Shown here: positions 38,865-48,644 of the stretch, piece by piece | Position numbering within the stretch: position 1 is the stretch's first letter | Layout of the letters: every line of letters starts with the position of its first letter | Assembly: GCA_965248535.1 (NCBI GenBank) | Contig: CBDFJR010000005.1 | Location: forward strand, 1,280,001 to 1,344,000 | Source of the DNA: Phormidesmis sp. | Lineage (GTDB): Bacteria; Cyanobacteriota; Cyanobacteriia; Leptolyngbyales; Leptolyngbyaceae | Length of the DNA stretch: 64,000 nt | Direction of reading: 5' to 3' | Made by a program: the position numbers and the translations under genes | Notes under the pieces: model-generated | Database searches by the model: none | Told to the model about the DNA's origin: nothing | Seen by the model: only the letters and a program-made list of their open reading frames with translations

Positions 38865-39938
38865 ATGGCGAGATTGAAAGTCGGGCTGTTATTTGGCGGA
38901 TGTTCGGGAGAGCATGAGGTGTCAATTGCGTCAGCACGGGCGATCGCTCAGGCCCTTAAACTGGATGCGAATGCTGATCGCTACGACGTGTTGCCGTTCT
39001 ACATTCAAAAAGATGGCTATTGGCAAGCGGGCGATCTGGCTCAACAGGTTTTAGAGGAGGGCACAGCAGTCGCCTCGGCAGACAGCCATCAAACGCGCTG
39101 GCAGTTTCCGACCGAGGTCAGCCAAGTTGAGGTCTGGTTTCCGGTGTTGCACGGCCCCCATGGTGAAGACGGCACTGTGCAGGGGCTGCTTAAGCTGATG
39201 CAGGTGCCATTTGTGGGTTCAGATGTGCTGGCATCGGCGGTGGGCATGGATAAGATCGCGATGAAAACGGCTTATGCCCAGGCGGGCTTGCCCCAGGTGA
39301 ACTATTTGGCCGTGACCCGATCGCAAATCTCCTCAAATCCCAGCACTTTTTCCCAGCTTGGTGAGCAGATTGAGGCAGAGTTGGGCTATCCCTGTTTTGT
39401 CAAACCTGCCAATTTAGGATCATCGGTCGGCATCTCAAAAGTGCGAAATCTGGCCCAGTTAGAAGCCGCGTTGCACAATGCTGCTAGCTACGATCGTCGC
39501 GTCATTGTTGAAGCGGGCGTGATTGCCAGAGAAGTCGAGTGTGCGGTTCTCGGCAATGATCAGCCTCAAGCTTCGGCGGTTGGTGAAATCACCTTTGAAA
39601 GCGACTTTTACGATTATGAAACCAAATACACCGCAGGGCAGGCAGCGCTGACTATCCCGGCAGATCTGCCAGAGTCCGTTACGGCCCAGATTCAGGAGAT
39701 GGCGATTCAGGCATTTGTAGCGATCGACGGGGCCGGACTCGGACGAGTCGATTTCTTCTATGTTGAATCGACTGGAGACATCTTCATCAACGAAATCAAC
39801 ACCTTCCCAGGGTTCACCGCCACGAGTATGTATCCTCAGCTTTGGGCCGCCACAGGCGTTCCCTTCTCAACGTTGGTCGATCGCCTGATCCAGTTTGCGC
39901 TAGAGCGCCACGACAGCCCGCGTCAACAACCCGTTTAG
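38865..39938 (+). CDS. ddl: D-alanine--D-alanine ligase
   Basis: [24 protein letters not shown] and NEINTFPG motifs. Confidence 0.96.
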   Translation: MARLKVGLLFGGCSGEHEVSIASARAIAQALKLDANADRYDVLPFYIQKDGYWQAGDLAQQVLEEGTAVASADSHQTRWQFPTEVSQVEVWFPVLHGPHGEDGTVQGLLKLMQVPFVGSDVLASAVGMDKIAMKTAYAQAGLPQVNYLAVTRSQISSNPSTFSQLGEQIEAELGYPCFVKPANLGSSVGISKVRNLAQLEAALHNAASYDRRVIVEAGVIAREVECAVLGNDQPQASAVGEITFESDFYDYETKYTAGQAALTIPADLPESVTAQIQEMAIQAFVAIDGAGLGRVDFFYVESTGDIFINEINTFPGFTATSMYPQLWAATGVPFSTLVDRLIQFALERHDSPRQQPV

Positions 39939-40495
39939 GCTAGATCGGTCTGCCCGACGCGCTCCCACCAGCGATTGAGGGGAAAGTAGACAACAGGTGC
40001 CCATAAACTGCTGAGAATAGCTGAACTCAGGGCAACAAACTGGTGATAAGTCCAGATTTCGAGCAGCGATCGTCCCCCTTGCAGGCTGTATTGAATCGCC
40101 ATCACCGTCTCAGCTAGCACCGCCATCCCAAACACGATCAGCGCTACTGAGATGAAATCTTCTTCAATGTAGCGCTGCTTTTGCAGTCGAGCCGTCAAAG
40201 CCCCAATCAGCACCAAGCTCACCGCATGGGTCGGAAACGGAGAGGTCATGCCGTCTTGCAGCAAACCCAAGACCAACCCTGCCATCGCCCCTTGAAACAT
40301 TGTCCGTTTGACGCTCCAAGCGACGACCCAAATCAGTAGCCAGTTGGGGCCGATGCCTGCCAACTCCATGCCGGGTAAGCGCGTTGGTAAAATCATTAGG
40401 CAGAGCAGCACCGAAAGGGCATTTACGCCCCAGTTGACGAGGGGGCGCGAAATTGGGTGGCGATCGAACAGATCCTCTAACGCTGAAGTATTCAT
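39935..40495 (-). CDS. mreD: Rod shape-determining protein MreD
   Basis: Polytopic membrane protein with GLLQD, downstream of mreC. Confidence 0.9.
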   Translation of the reverse strand: MNTSALEDLFDRHPISRPLVNWGVNALSVLLCLMILPTRLPGMELAGIGPNWLLIWVVAWSVKRTMFQGAMAGLVLGLLQDGMTSPFPTHAVSLVLIGALTARLQKQRYIEEDFISVALIVFGMAVLAETVMAIQYSLQGGRSLLEIWTYHQFVALSSAILSSLWAPVVYFPLNRWWERVGQTDLA

Positions 40496-41307
40496 GGAGT
40501 TGCTTCTGGAGAAGGCGTTGCAGCCGGAGTTGGGGCAGCGGGGGCCGTCAGTCGGGGGTCGCCCAAGTTAGCAGAATTAGGATAGATGGTTGCCCACTCT
40601 AAGTAGTTAATGGGGGCAGATAGCTCGATCACGGCTTCGGGTGCCGGACTTTTGTTGAGATCGACTGACTCAATGCGCCCGATCGGGATGCCCGCCGGAA
40701 ATAATTGGCTAAATGATGACGTAGACACTACATCGCCTCGACGCACATCGGGAACCTTCTCAAAAAACTCCATCACGGCTCGGTTGGCTGACTTGCCGCG
40801 CATAAACCCCATGTAGCGACTGCGGCTGATCGTCACACCGACGCGACTGCTAGGATCACTCAACAACAGCACCTGACTTGTATGAGACGTGACATTGCTA
40901 ACGCGGCCCACCAGCCCACCCGGACTGAGCACGATCGACCCGACCCGAATGCCATCTTGACTGCCCCGACCCAAAATCACCTGCTGCCACCAGTGGTCAG
41001 CGCTGCGACCAATCACCGAGGCTGCCACCCCCGGAGTCTTTTTAGCTGAAACAAACCCTAGAAGCTCTTCTAGGCGCTGATTGCGGCTTTCTAGCTCGAT
41101 CAGACGCTGCTGAAGTTCTTGCGCTTGGGCGTTGGCTAGTCGATCTGGTTGGGTAGGGTTGCTGTGAAATGGGCGCGTGACCAGTTGATAGGTTTCTAGA
41201 AGCACCCCTCCTTGAGTCTGGCGGACGAAGAGAGCCATCCCTAAAGCCACACCAGCCAAGGTGGCCTGAATTCCATAGCGTTCCCACCAGCGTTGCAGTG
41301 CGTACAT
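40492..41307 (-). CDS. mreC: Rod shape-determining protein MreC
   Basis: TM + coiled coil + GLVGRV, GDVVSTS..FPAGIPIGRI. Confidence 0.93.
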   Translation of the reverse strand: MYALQRWWERYGIQATLAGVALGMALFVRQTQGGVLLETYQLVTRPFHSNPTQPDRLANAQAQELQQRLIELESRNQRLEELLGFVSAKKTPGVAASVIGRSADHWWQQVILGRGSQDGIRVGSIVLSPGGLVGRVSNVTSHTSQVLLLSDPSSRVGVTISRSRYMGFMRGKSANRAVMEFFEKVPDVRRGDVVSTSSFSQLFPAGIPIGRIESVDLNKSPAPEAVIELSAPINYLEWATIYPNSANLGDPRLTAPAAPTPAATPSPEATP

Positions 41308-41424
41308 TCAACCTCGTATGTTGGCTGGTCAACTTTACAAGAGTATACCGTTTCAGTTCCAGCGTTCAGATCGTTTTTCGCAACTTATATCTCAGCATCA
41401 GGAAATAAATTGCGAAAAACTTGT

Positions 41425-42462
41425 CTAGCGAGAGGGGCGAGTGCTAAAGACACGCTCTAGCTGCTTGAAGTTTTCTAAGACTCGCCCAGTGCCTAAAACG
41501 ACGCAGCTTAGCGGGTCAGCCGCCACATGAACCACAATGCCTGTTTCGTGACTGATCAGCGTGTCGATGCCTTTAAGAAGTGCGCCACCTCCTGCCAGCA
41601 TGATACCGCGATCGATAATATCGGCTGCTAGCTCAGGCGGGGTGCGTTCCAAAGTCCGTTTGACGGCATCGACGATCACAGACAGTGGCTCTGACATGCT
41701 CTCGCGAATTTCAGGACTCTTGATCGTGACGGTGCGGGGGAGACCTGAGAGCAGGTGGAGTCCTCGAACTTCCATCGTCGCTTCATCATCTTGTGTGGGA
41801 TAGGCAGACCCGATCGAGATCTTAATCTCTTCAGCAGTTCGTTCACCCACTACCAGGTTGTGAACTTTTTTCATGTAGTGGATGATCGACTCACTCAGTT
41901 CGTCTCCGGCCACCCGCACTGACTCACTGAGGACGGTTCCTTGCAAACTGAGGACGGCGACCTCGGTCGTGCCGCCACCAATGTCAATGATCATGTTTCC
42001 AGTCGGTTCGGCCACGGGTAAGCCGGCCCCGATCGCTGCCGCTACGGGTTCATCAATTAAGTAGACCTCTCGTGCCCCAGCTTGAGAAGCCGCTTCCATC
42101 ACAGCGCGCCGCTCTACCCCAGTCACCCCACTGGGAATGCCAATTACAACGCGGGGAGAAACCAGCGTTTTTCCTTCGTGCACCCGTGTGATGAAGTGCT
42201 TGAGCATTAATTCTGCGGTATCAAAGTCGGCGATCACGCCGTCGCGTAAGGGGCGGAGTGCGACAACATTTCCAGGGGTGCGCCCCAGCATTCTTTTTGC
42301 ATCTTCGCCGACCGCCAAGGGGATTTTTTCGTTTTGATCCATCGCGACGACGGAAGGCTCTTGTAGAACAATGCCTTTACCTGACACGTAGACGAGAGTG
42401 TTGGCGGTGCCCAGGTCTATACCCATGTCCCGGGATAAGGAGAAGCGACTGAAAAGACCCAC
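41425..42462 (-). CDS. mreB: Rod shape-determining actin MreB
   Basis: [17 protein letters not shown] and LAGGGALL motifs. Confidence 0.97.
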   Translation of the reverse strand: MGLFSRFSLSRDMGIDLGTANTLVYVSGKGIVLQEPSVVAMDQNEKIPLAVGEDAKRMLGRTPGNVVALRPLRDGVIADFDTAELMLKHFITRVHEGKTLVSPRVVIGIPSGVTGVERRAVMEAASQAGAREVYLIDEPVAAAIGAGLPVAEPTGNMIIDIGGGTTEVAVLSLQGTVLSESVRVAGDELSESIIHYMKKVHNLVVGERTAEEIKISIGSAYPTQDDEATMEVRGLHLLSGLPRTVTIKSPEIRESMSEPLSVIVDAVKRTLERTPPELAADIIDRGIMLAGGGALLKGIDTLISHETGIVVHVAADPLSCVVLGTGRVLENFKQLERVFSTRPSR

Positions 42463-42809
42463 TGGTTTCTATGCCTCAGATTTGCGCGATGAGTACGATC
42501 GAGTGAGGTGCAACCAAGCACCAACAGTTATCGATGTGAATTTTATTACAGTTTCTATCCTGAGTCTAGTCAGGCTGCCTAAAATCATCGATAAACTGTC
42601 TTTTTCGTGGAAGCGAGATCGCTTAGAAGCTGAGATTCAAACTGATCTCATCATAGAGGCAAAACCCCGATTAAAATGGATGGTCTTTTAATTAGAAACT
42701 GGGATTGATTTAAAAAGTTAGATCAGACTTTTGTTTACCTCATGATTCTTGTTATGAACAAAGAGCGTTAGTTAAGGTTGCTTTGAGAATCAATTAAAGC
42801 TAAAATTTA

Positions 42810-42823
42810 AGTACAAATGTATT
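42810..42823. promoter_or_regulatory. LexA box upstream of ssb
   Basis: AGTACAAATGTATT (one mismatch to consensus) just 3' of TTGCTT-N17-TAAAAT. Confidence 0.65.
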
Positions 42824-42901
42824 GATAGATCGATACATTGACTCCGCTAAAGGAAGAATCTTCCTCTAAGATAAAGACATTTGACAGGTGAGCAAAGCAC
42901 T

Positions 42902-43270
42902 ATGAGCCTCAACGTGGTAACTCTGGTTGGGCGTGTGGGCGGTGACCCAGACGTGAAATATTTTGAGTCGGGCAGCGTTAAATGTCGGCTGACGCTAGCA
43001 GTCAACCGTCAATCTAAAAACAATGATCAGCCCGATTGGTTCAATCTAGAACTTTGGGGCAAGCAAGCCGACGTTGCGGCTAACTACGTTCGCAAAGGTA
43101 GCTTAATCGGGGTCAAAGGCTCTCTAAAATTTGATAGCTGGAAAGATCGAAACACAGGAGTCGATCGTACCTCGCCTGTGGTGCTGGTCGATCGACTGCA
43201 ACTGCTAGGGTCAAAGCGTGATTCTGAAGGCGGTGGGGCAGAATCTCCAGGCTACACCGATGACTTTTAA
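42902..43270 (+). CDS. ssb: Single-stranded DNA-binding protein
   Basis: LNVVTLVGRVGGDP, YVRKGSLI, acidic tail ending DDF. Confidence 0.94.
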   Translation: MSLNVVTLVGRVGGDPDVKYFESGSVKCRLTLAVNRQSKNNDQPDWFNLELWGKQADVAANYVRKGSLIGVKGSLKFDSWKDRNTGVDRTSPVVLVDRLQLLGSKRDSEGGGAESPGYTDDF

Positions 43271-43296
43271 GACTGGGTTTAGAGGACTGTCAACCC

Positions 43297-44040
43297 TCAG
43301 TAGCTGATCTGTAGAGTTACTGACCCCTCGACCCGCTGTTCGCCCCCAATGACAGGGGTCGGGGCTTGCGAGGCGGCTAACTTATTAAAGCGTGACGCAT
43401 CGGCAATCATGGGAGGCGGAGCAGATGCCCCGTTGATCTGAATGCTGACGATCTCTTTGCGAGTCAGACTGAGGGCACCAAACACGGCATCTGCTTGGCT
43501 TTGTGCGTCTTGGGTCGCTTTACGCAGGGCCAGTTTTTGAGCGACAGCGATCGCGTCATCACTAGCCACAAAACTCACGCCATCAATGCGACTGGCCCCA
43601 GCTTTGACGGCTTCATCTAGCAGGGTGCCTGCTTTCTCAGTCGGCACTCTAAAACTGACGCTATTAGAGGCACTATAGCCGTCGAGCTTTTGGACGTTGT
43701 TGTCATAGCGGTAGACCGGGTTGAGATTAATCCCAGTGGTCTCTAGCTTTTCGACCTTGCGAGCTTTGAGCAGCGTCACTACGGCATTCGATCGCCGAGC
43801 CACCGCTTCTTGCACGTCATTAGCCGTTTTGCCTTGGGCATCGACTCCTAACCGCACTTGGGTGAGGGTCGTTGCAATCTCTTCGACCCCGTGCCCCGTG
43901 ACGGTGAGGGTTTTTAACATTTTTTCTTGAGCAAAAACAGGACTGGCGAGCGATAAACTCATGAATCCTAAAGCGATCGGCAGTCGCTTGATCTGACTCC
44001 AAGCAAAAGCAGAACTGGTGGTTGAACGGATTATCGTCAT
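43297..44040 (-). CDS. SIMPL (DUF541) periplasmic protein
   Basis: LTVTGHG, AGASRIDGVSF, PVIGGEQRV; signal peptide; start uncertain. Confidence 0.85.
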   Translation of the reverse strand: MTIIRSTTSSAFAWSQIKRLPIALGFMSLSLASPVFAQEKMLKTLTVTGHGVEEIATTLTQVRLGVDAQGKTANDVQEAVARRSNAVVTLLKARKVEKLETTGINLNPVYRYDNNVQKLDGYSASNSVSFRVPTEKAGTLLDEAVKAGASRIDGVSFVASDDAIAVAQKLALRKATQDAQSQADAVFGALSLTRKEIVSIQINGASAPPPMIADASRFNKLAASQAPTPVIGGEQRVEGSVTLQISY

Positions 44041-44286
44041 TAGTTGAATCACTCCTCACTGAGAGCCACTGACATTGCTGCTGTGGTGGATGCTCTCAGT
44101 GTGTCATTGTTCAAGAACGATCGCTGCATTGGTTACATTTTTTGCAACTTAAACCCTAGAGGCTTGTATCATTTTTGACTCGCTTTAGCCATCCATGCCG
44201 AACGACACATTGCCATTTTTAATCAAAGGTGAGCGTAATAAAATGTTAGCTCAATTTTGACCTCTATCCTGAATAGGAGATTCCCA

Positions 44287-44916
44287 ATGTTGCCTCGCTT
44301 ACCGTTCTATTTCCTAACAGGATGTTTGACATTTATATCGATGATCTCAACCACCGTTCCGAGTTCTGCTCAACTTTTTAATAGTCCTGTCGATCGTCTA
44401 TCAGCTAACGATCGCGCTGCCTTGAGAAGCGGACAGACGTTGGTGACGGGGGAAAAAGGAAACTATGTCGCCAAGGTGTTAGTTAAAAGCTCTCAAGATG
44501 CTGCCTGGAACGTCTTAACAGACTATGGCAGTCTCTCAAAGTTTGTGCCTAATGTAGTCTCTAGTAAAGTGCTGGAGTCAAACGGCAACCGCAAGGTGAT
44601 TGAGCAAGTAGATGCGCGGCAGATCTTTTTAATCAACGTGCGATCGCGCATCCGCTCTTCAATTACCGAGACTGCTAAGAGTCGGATTGATTTTCAGCAG
44701 GTGGATGGTGATCTGCAAAAACTGCAAGGCTATTGGACTGTAGAACCCATTGCTGCTTTTTCAGGGGCAAAAGCCGATCAGGTGCTGATCACTCACGTCG
44801 TGGACGCACAGCCCAAACCTGGAACCCCAAAAGACATTTTTTATAACCTGTTTAAAGATTCTTTAGGGCAAACTCTCAAGGCGATTAGCCAAGAAGTCGT
44901 GCGGCGATCGCGGTAG
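44287..44916 (+). CDS. SRPBCC/polyketide-cyclase-like protein with signal peptide
   Basis: AWNVLTDYGSLSKFVPNV, FQQVDGDL..GYW. Confidence 0.85.
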   Translation: MLPRLPFYFLTGCLTFISMISTTVPSSAQLFNSPVDRLSANDRAALRSGQTLVTGEKGNYVAKVLVKSSQDAAWNVLTDYGSLSKFVPNVVSSKVLESNGNRKVIEQVDARQIFLINVRSRIRSSITETAKSRIDFQQVDGDLQKLQGYWTVEPIAAFSGAKADQVLITHVVDAQPKPGTPKDIFYNLFKDSLGQTLKAISQEVVRRSR

Positions 44917-45346
44917 GCTTTTTGAGCACCTGGGGCAATTTTCATCAGGCTACAGTGTCGGCAACAATCAGTCGGACTGTAGCCTAAATTTTGCTATCTA
45001 GGGTTAAGAATTTGTTGGAAATGGGTATAGATCAGGTAGCAAGACTAGACAGCCTCTGATAATAAGTTAATAGGAGCCATGTGCCTAAAGATGCACGAAA
45101 ACCAGTCTAAGCTCACGGAGCTAATTTAAAGGATTCTAGAACCCTCTGTAAAGTTAGCCCCGGTTTCCGGAGAGTTGGAGAATCATAACGATCTCACTAT
45201 AGGAGGGTTCCTAGCGCATCTCCTCCGATTTTAGGCATCCACTGCGCGGCCTTTCAGCGCTTTGCGAAACCCACAAATCTGCAACGAAACCAGCCTACTT
45301 TTCAGATCTCCCAAGTTTTTCTGCTCAACTTGAACGAGTCGCAATA

Positions 45347-46486
45347 GTGGATACCCATCAAGTCTTTCAACTCATCGATCGCATCCTACCTTTTGAAGCC
45401 TGTCTTTATCATCAAATTTTGCCTTTGTCCCTTAAAGACCAGTGTCTTCATCTGGGCATGGTGACCTTAGAAGATGCCGCTGCTCTTGACTATGTGCGGC
45501 GAATTCTCAGGTTTATGAACTATTCACTGGTGCCCCAAACCCTGACTTCAGACGCTCACTCCACCACTCTTTCAGCTTATCTCCATTATGTGGGCACTCA
45601 ATCGGTGGCTCCTAACTCAGACGGGTTGGTGGCTCAACCACTCGGAGGGGCTAAAAATCTTGACTCATTAGCAGAAACCAGTCCGGTTGCTGATCACGGT
45701 TCTTCTGAGATCGGGGATCTCACCGCTTTTTCTGGCGATCGGGCCCGTCCGATCCAGGAGGCAAACGCCACCCTAATCATAGACAGCCCTGATGAGATCG
45801 AAGATCCGCCCAGTGTTCTTCTACGCGCCACCCTTGTTTTACCCTCAGAGCCGCCTCAGCAGGCTAAACGATCGTTTCCTGGAAACGCTTTGCCCACGTT
45901 AGAAGCTAGCACTGAGTATTTAAACAGTCCCCTAGATCATCTAGCTGCTTTACCGCCTGCCCAACTTTTGCAAGAATTGCTGGGGCGAATTTTTACGGAT
46001 GGCATTGGACGACTCTATCTTGAGCGCCGACCGACTACCGGAACCATCTTGTGGAGTCGCAACGGGGTTTTGCAATCGGTGTTAAGTGATTTGCCTCTGT
46101 CTAGCTTTCAGGGGGTGATTGATGAGCTAAAGCAACTCACCCACTTGCCTCTAACGCCAGTGCAGCAGCCCAAGCAGGTTGAGATTGAGCGGCTTTGTCA
46201 CCACAATCGGCTATTGCTGAGGCTGCGAGTGATGCCGAGTGCTCATGGCGAAGAAGCCACCTTGCAGATTTTGCGAGGAGCCGCCCTCAAGTTTTATCAG
46301 CAGCAGCAGATTGCCAACCTGAGCCGCGACGCGCTCAATATTGCTCAAGGTCTGCAACAAAAAATGCGTGAGATTCACGATCGCACTCTTGCCAATGCTC
46401 AACTCCCGCCTGATCAGGCTAATCTGACTCAAATCTTGCAGATTGTAGAGCAGCAGATCAAAGCTCTCAATGAGACGACTGATTAG
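45347..46486 (+). CDS. PilB/GspE N-terminal-like protein lacking the ATPase domain
   Basis: LPFEACLYHQILPL..LHLGMV (T2SSE_N-like) and LRLRVMPSAHGEEATLQIL; no Walker A motif. Confidence 0.6.
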   Translation: MDTHQVFQLIDRILPFEACLYHQILPLSLKDQCLHLGMVTLEDAAALDYVRRILRFMNYSLVPQTLTSDAHSTTLSAYLHYVGTQSVAPNSDGLVAQPLGGAKNLDSLAETSPVADHGSSEIGDLTAFSGDRARPIQEANATLIIDSPDEIEDPPSVLLRATLVLPSEPPQQAKRSFPGNALPTLEASTEYLNSPLDHLAALPPAQLLQELLGRIFTDGIGRLYLERRPTTGTILWSRNGVLQSVLSDLPLSSFQGVIDELKQLTHLPLTPVQQPKQVEIERLCHHNRLLLRLRVMPSAHGEEATLQILRGAALKFYQQQQIANLSRDALNIAQGLQQKMREIHDRTLANAQLPPDQANLTQILQIVEQQIKALNETTD

Positions 46487-47542
46487 CTAGAGGCCTGCGG
46501 TGACGGGCTGCCAGCGTCCCAAGGGGTTGCCGATGATGGCGAGTTCTTGCATGAGTTGGTCAAAGCGATCGGGCGTTAACGATTGCGGGCCGTCTGACAG
46601 CGCTTTTTTAGGGTTGGGATGAACTTCGATCATGAGGGAGTCGGTGCCTGCGGCGATCGCGGCCATGGCCATCGCGGGCACATATTCTGCCCGCCCTGTG
46701 CCGTGGCTGGGGTCGATCATGATCGGCAGGTGAGTCAAAGAGCGCAGCACTGGGATCGCAGCCAGATCGAGCGTGTTGCGGGCATAGTCACGATCGAAGG
46801 TGCGAATCCCCCGTTCGCAGAGAATAACATTGGGGTTTCCGGCGGCCAAAACATATTCAGCCGCCATCAGCCAGTCTTCGATCGTGGCTGCCATGCCGCG
46901 CTTTAGCAACACGGGCTTATCTTGCGCGCCCACTTTCTTCAACAGAGAAAAGTTTTGCATATTGCGGGCACCGATTTGAATCACGTCTGCCACCTCTGCC
47001 AGAGGCTTTAAGTCGGCTGCATCCATCAGTTCAGTCACGATCCCTAGTCCAGTCACGGCTCGTGCGGCAGCTAACAGATCTAGAGCACTCTCGCCGTGGC
47101 CCTGAAAAGCGTAGGGTGAGGTGCGAGGCTTAAAAGCGCCGCCTCTTAAAAACTTCGCTCCGGCTGCTTTGACCCGTTGAGCCGTCTCGATAATCATCGC
47201 CTCGTTTTCGACCGAGCAGGGGCCCGCCACAACGACCAGCGGATGGTTTTCGCCAAAATGGACTATTCCATTAGGGGTCGGAACGCTGACAGTGCTGGCT
47301 TCACCCTGACGATATTGGCGACTGGCGCGTTTAAAGGGTTGCTCGACGCGCAGAACTTGCTCAACCCAAGGGCTAATTTCTTGAAGCTGTAAAGGGTCTA
47401 GATCAACGGTATCGCCGACTAAACCGAGCACAACTTTATGTTTGCCGATAATCTTTTCGGGGGTCAACCCCCATGTTGTTAGCTCATCGGTGACGCGGGT
47501 CAGTTCGACTTCCGGGGTGCCGATTTTCATAACCACAATCAT
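46487..47542 (-). CDS. aroF: DAHP synthase (type I-beta)
   Basis: AGPCSVE, KPRTSPY, IGARNMQN and DPSHGTG motifs. Confidence 0.95.
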   Translation of the reverse strand: MIVVMKIGTPEVELTRVTDELTTWGLTPEKIIGKHKVVLGLVGDTVDLDPLQLQEISPWVEQVLRVEQPFKRASRQYRQGEASTVSVPTPNGIVHFGENHPLVVVAGPCSVENEAMIIETAQRVKAAGAKFLRGGAFKPRTSPYAFQGHGESALDLLAAARAVTGLGIVTELMDAADLKPLAEVADVIQIGARNMQNFSLLKKVGAQDKPVLLKRGMAATIEDWLMAAEYVLAAGNPNVILCERGIRTFDRDYARNTLDLAAIPVLRSLTHLPIMIDPSHGTGRAEYVPAMAMAAIAAGTDSLMIEVHPNPKKALSDGPQSLTPDRFDQLMQELAIIGNPLGRWQPVTAGL

Positions 47543-47660
47543 GAGAGAGCCTCTGCTAGGTTGGAGATGGGCAATAGGGTCTATTGTGCGATCGCCCGCC
47601 TCAAAAAGCTATTAAGAAACTTTTTAATCAGAGACTCAACCTCATGAGGGGTCGATGACC

Positions 47661-48215
47661 TTACTCGCGCAGTTCTTTCTTTTGTCGGGCTGACTTCCAG
47701 GCATCGGTTAACCGCTTGAAGTTGAGATTAAATTCTTCTAGGCCGACGCGGGTGCCGACTCGTTCTTCATCCCAAGATGCAGAGATTAAACCATAGGACA
47801 GTCCTAGCACTCCTAGTCCCAAAAAGCCCATGCTCACCAGCACGACCGCTACGTTGGGCAGTTTGATTCCAGCTTTGACCAAAAGCAAATAGCTGGCGAT
47901 AAACGTCAGCATCCCCAGCGCGCTAGGAATGCCGCAGAAAAACGCCATGCGGCGAGCCATGCGCTTGCTGACCACTTCGGGAATGGTGCCTGAATCTCTC
48001 GACGATCGCGGACTCTTTTTAGCGGCTTTGCGATCGCTAGTCGGCTCTCTTTTCTCAAGTTTAGACGGCGCAAGAATGGGCTGCTTTTCGCGCTTGGGTT
48101 TTTTGGTGCTTTTTTCTACCGCAGGGTTGGGATCGGGCTTTGCCGATTTTTTCTTCTGGGTAGGCTCAAAGGGTAAGCGGTCTGGTGGTTTGGGGTTTTT
48201 AGGGTCAGACGACAT
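47661..48215 (-). CDS. pam68: PSII assembly factor PAM68 family
   Basis: IPEVVSKRMARR, two TMs, SASWD; adjacent to rpsO. Confidence 0.88.
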   Translation of the reverse strand: MSSDPKNPKPPDRLPFEPTQKKKSAKPDPNPAVEKSTKKPKREKQPILAPSKLEKREPTSDRKAAKKSPRSSRDSGTIPEVVSKRMARRMAFFCGIPSALGMLTFIASYLLLVKAGIKLPNVAVVLVSMGFLGLGVLGLSYGLISASWDEERVGTRVGLEEFNLNFKRLTDAWKSARQKKELRE

Positions 48216-48230
48216 CGGCTAAAACGCTCC

Positions 48231-48500
48231 TTAACCCCGGATGCCAAGACGAGTAATCAGGGCCCGATAGCGCTCTTGGCTGCCTTTGTTGATGTAGGCC
48301 AGCAAGCGCTTGCGTTGACCAATCATTTTTAGCAAGCCCATGCGTGAAGCGTGGTCTTTTTTGTTGGTTCTTAAGTGAAGGCTGAGTTTGTTGATGCGAT
48401 CGGTCAGCATCGCAACCTGCACTTCTGATGACCCGGTATCGGTTTCGTGAATTTGATAATCGGTGATAATTTCTTGTTTACGCTGTTGCAGCAGAGCCAT
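48231..48500 (-). CDS. rpsO: 30S ribosomal protein S15
   Basis: [23 protein letters not shown]; 89 aa. Confidence 0.98.
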   Translation of the reverse strand: MALLQQRKQEIITDYQIHETDTGSSEVQVAMLTDRINKLSLHLRTNKKDHASRMGLLKMIGQRKRLLAYINKGSQERYRALITRLGIRG

Positions 48501-48644
48501 GAGATAAATTTTTCCGTTATTGAGGGTGGATGTGCAGTCTCATATATTATCACAAGGAAATTCGTTGGAGATGACAGACTTTGTGAACGGCGATCGCGTT
48601 GATAGGCAAGATGGCGGCGAGTCAAAGAATGCAAGGGGTCAGGT

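Noticed and set aside
45072..45129. 16-codon sORF after AGGAG
   Set aside because: RBS-to-ATG spacing is only 2 nt and there is no other support.
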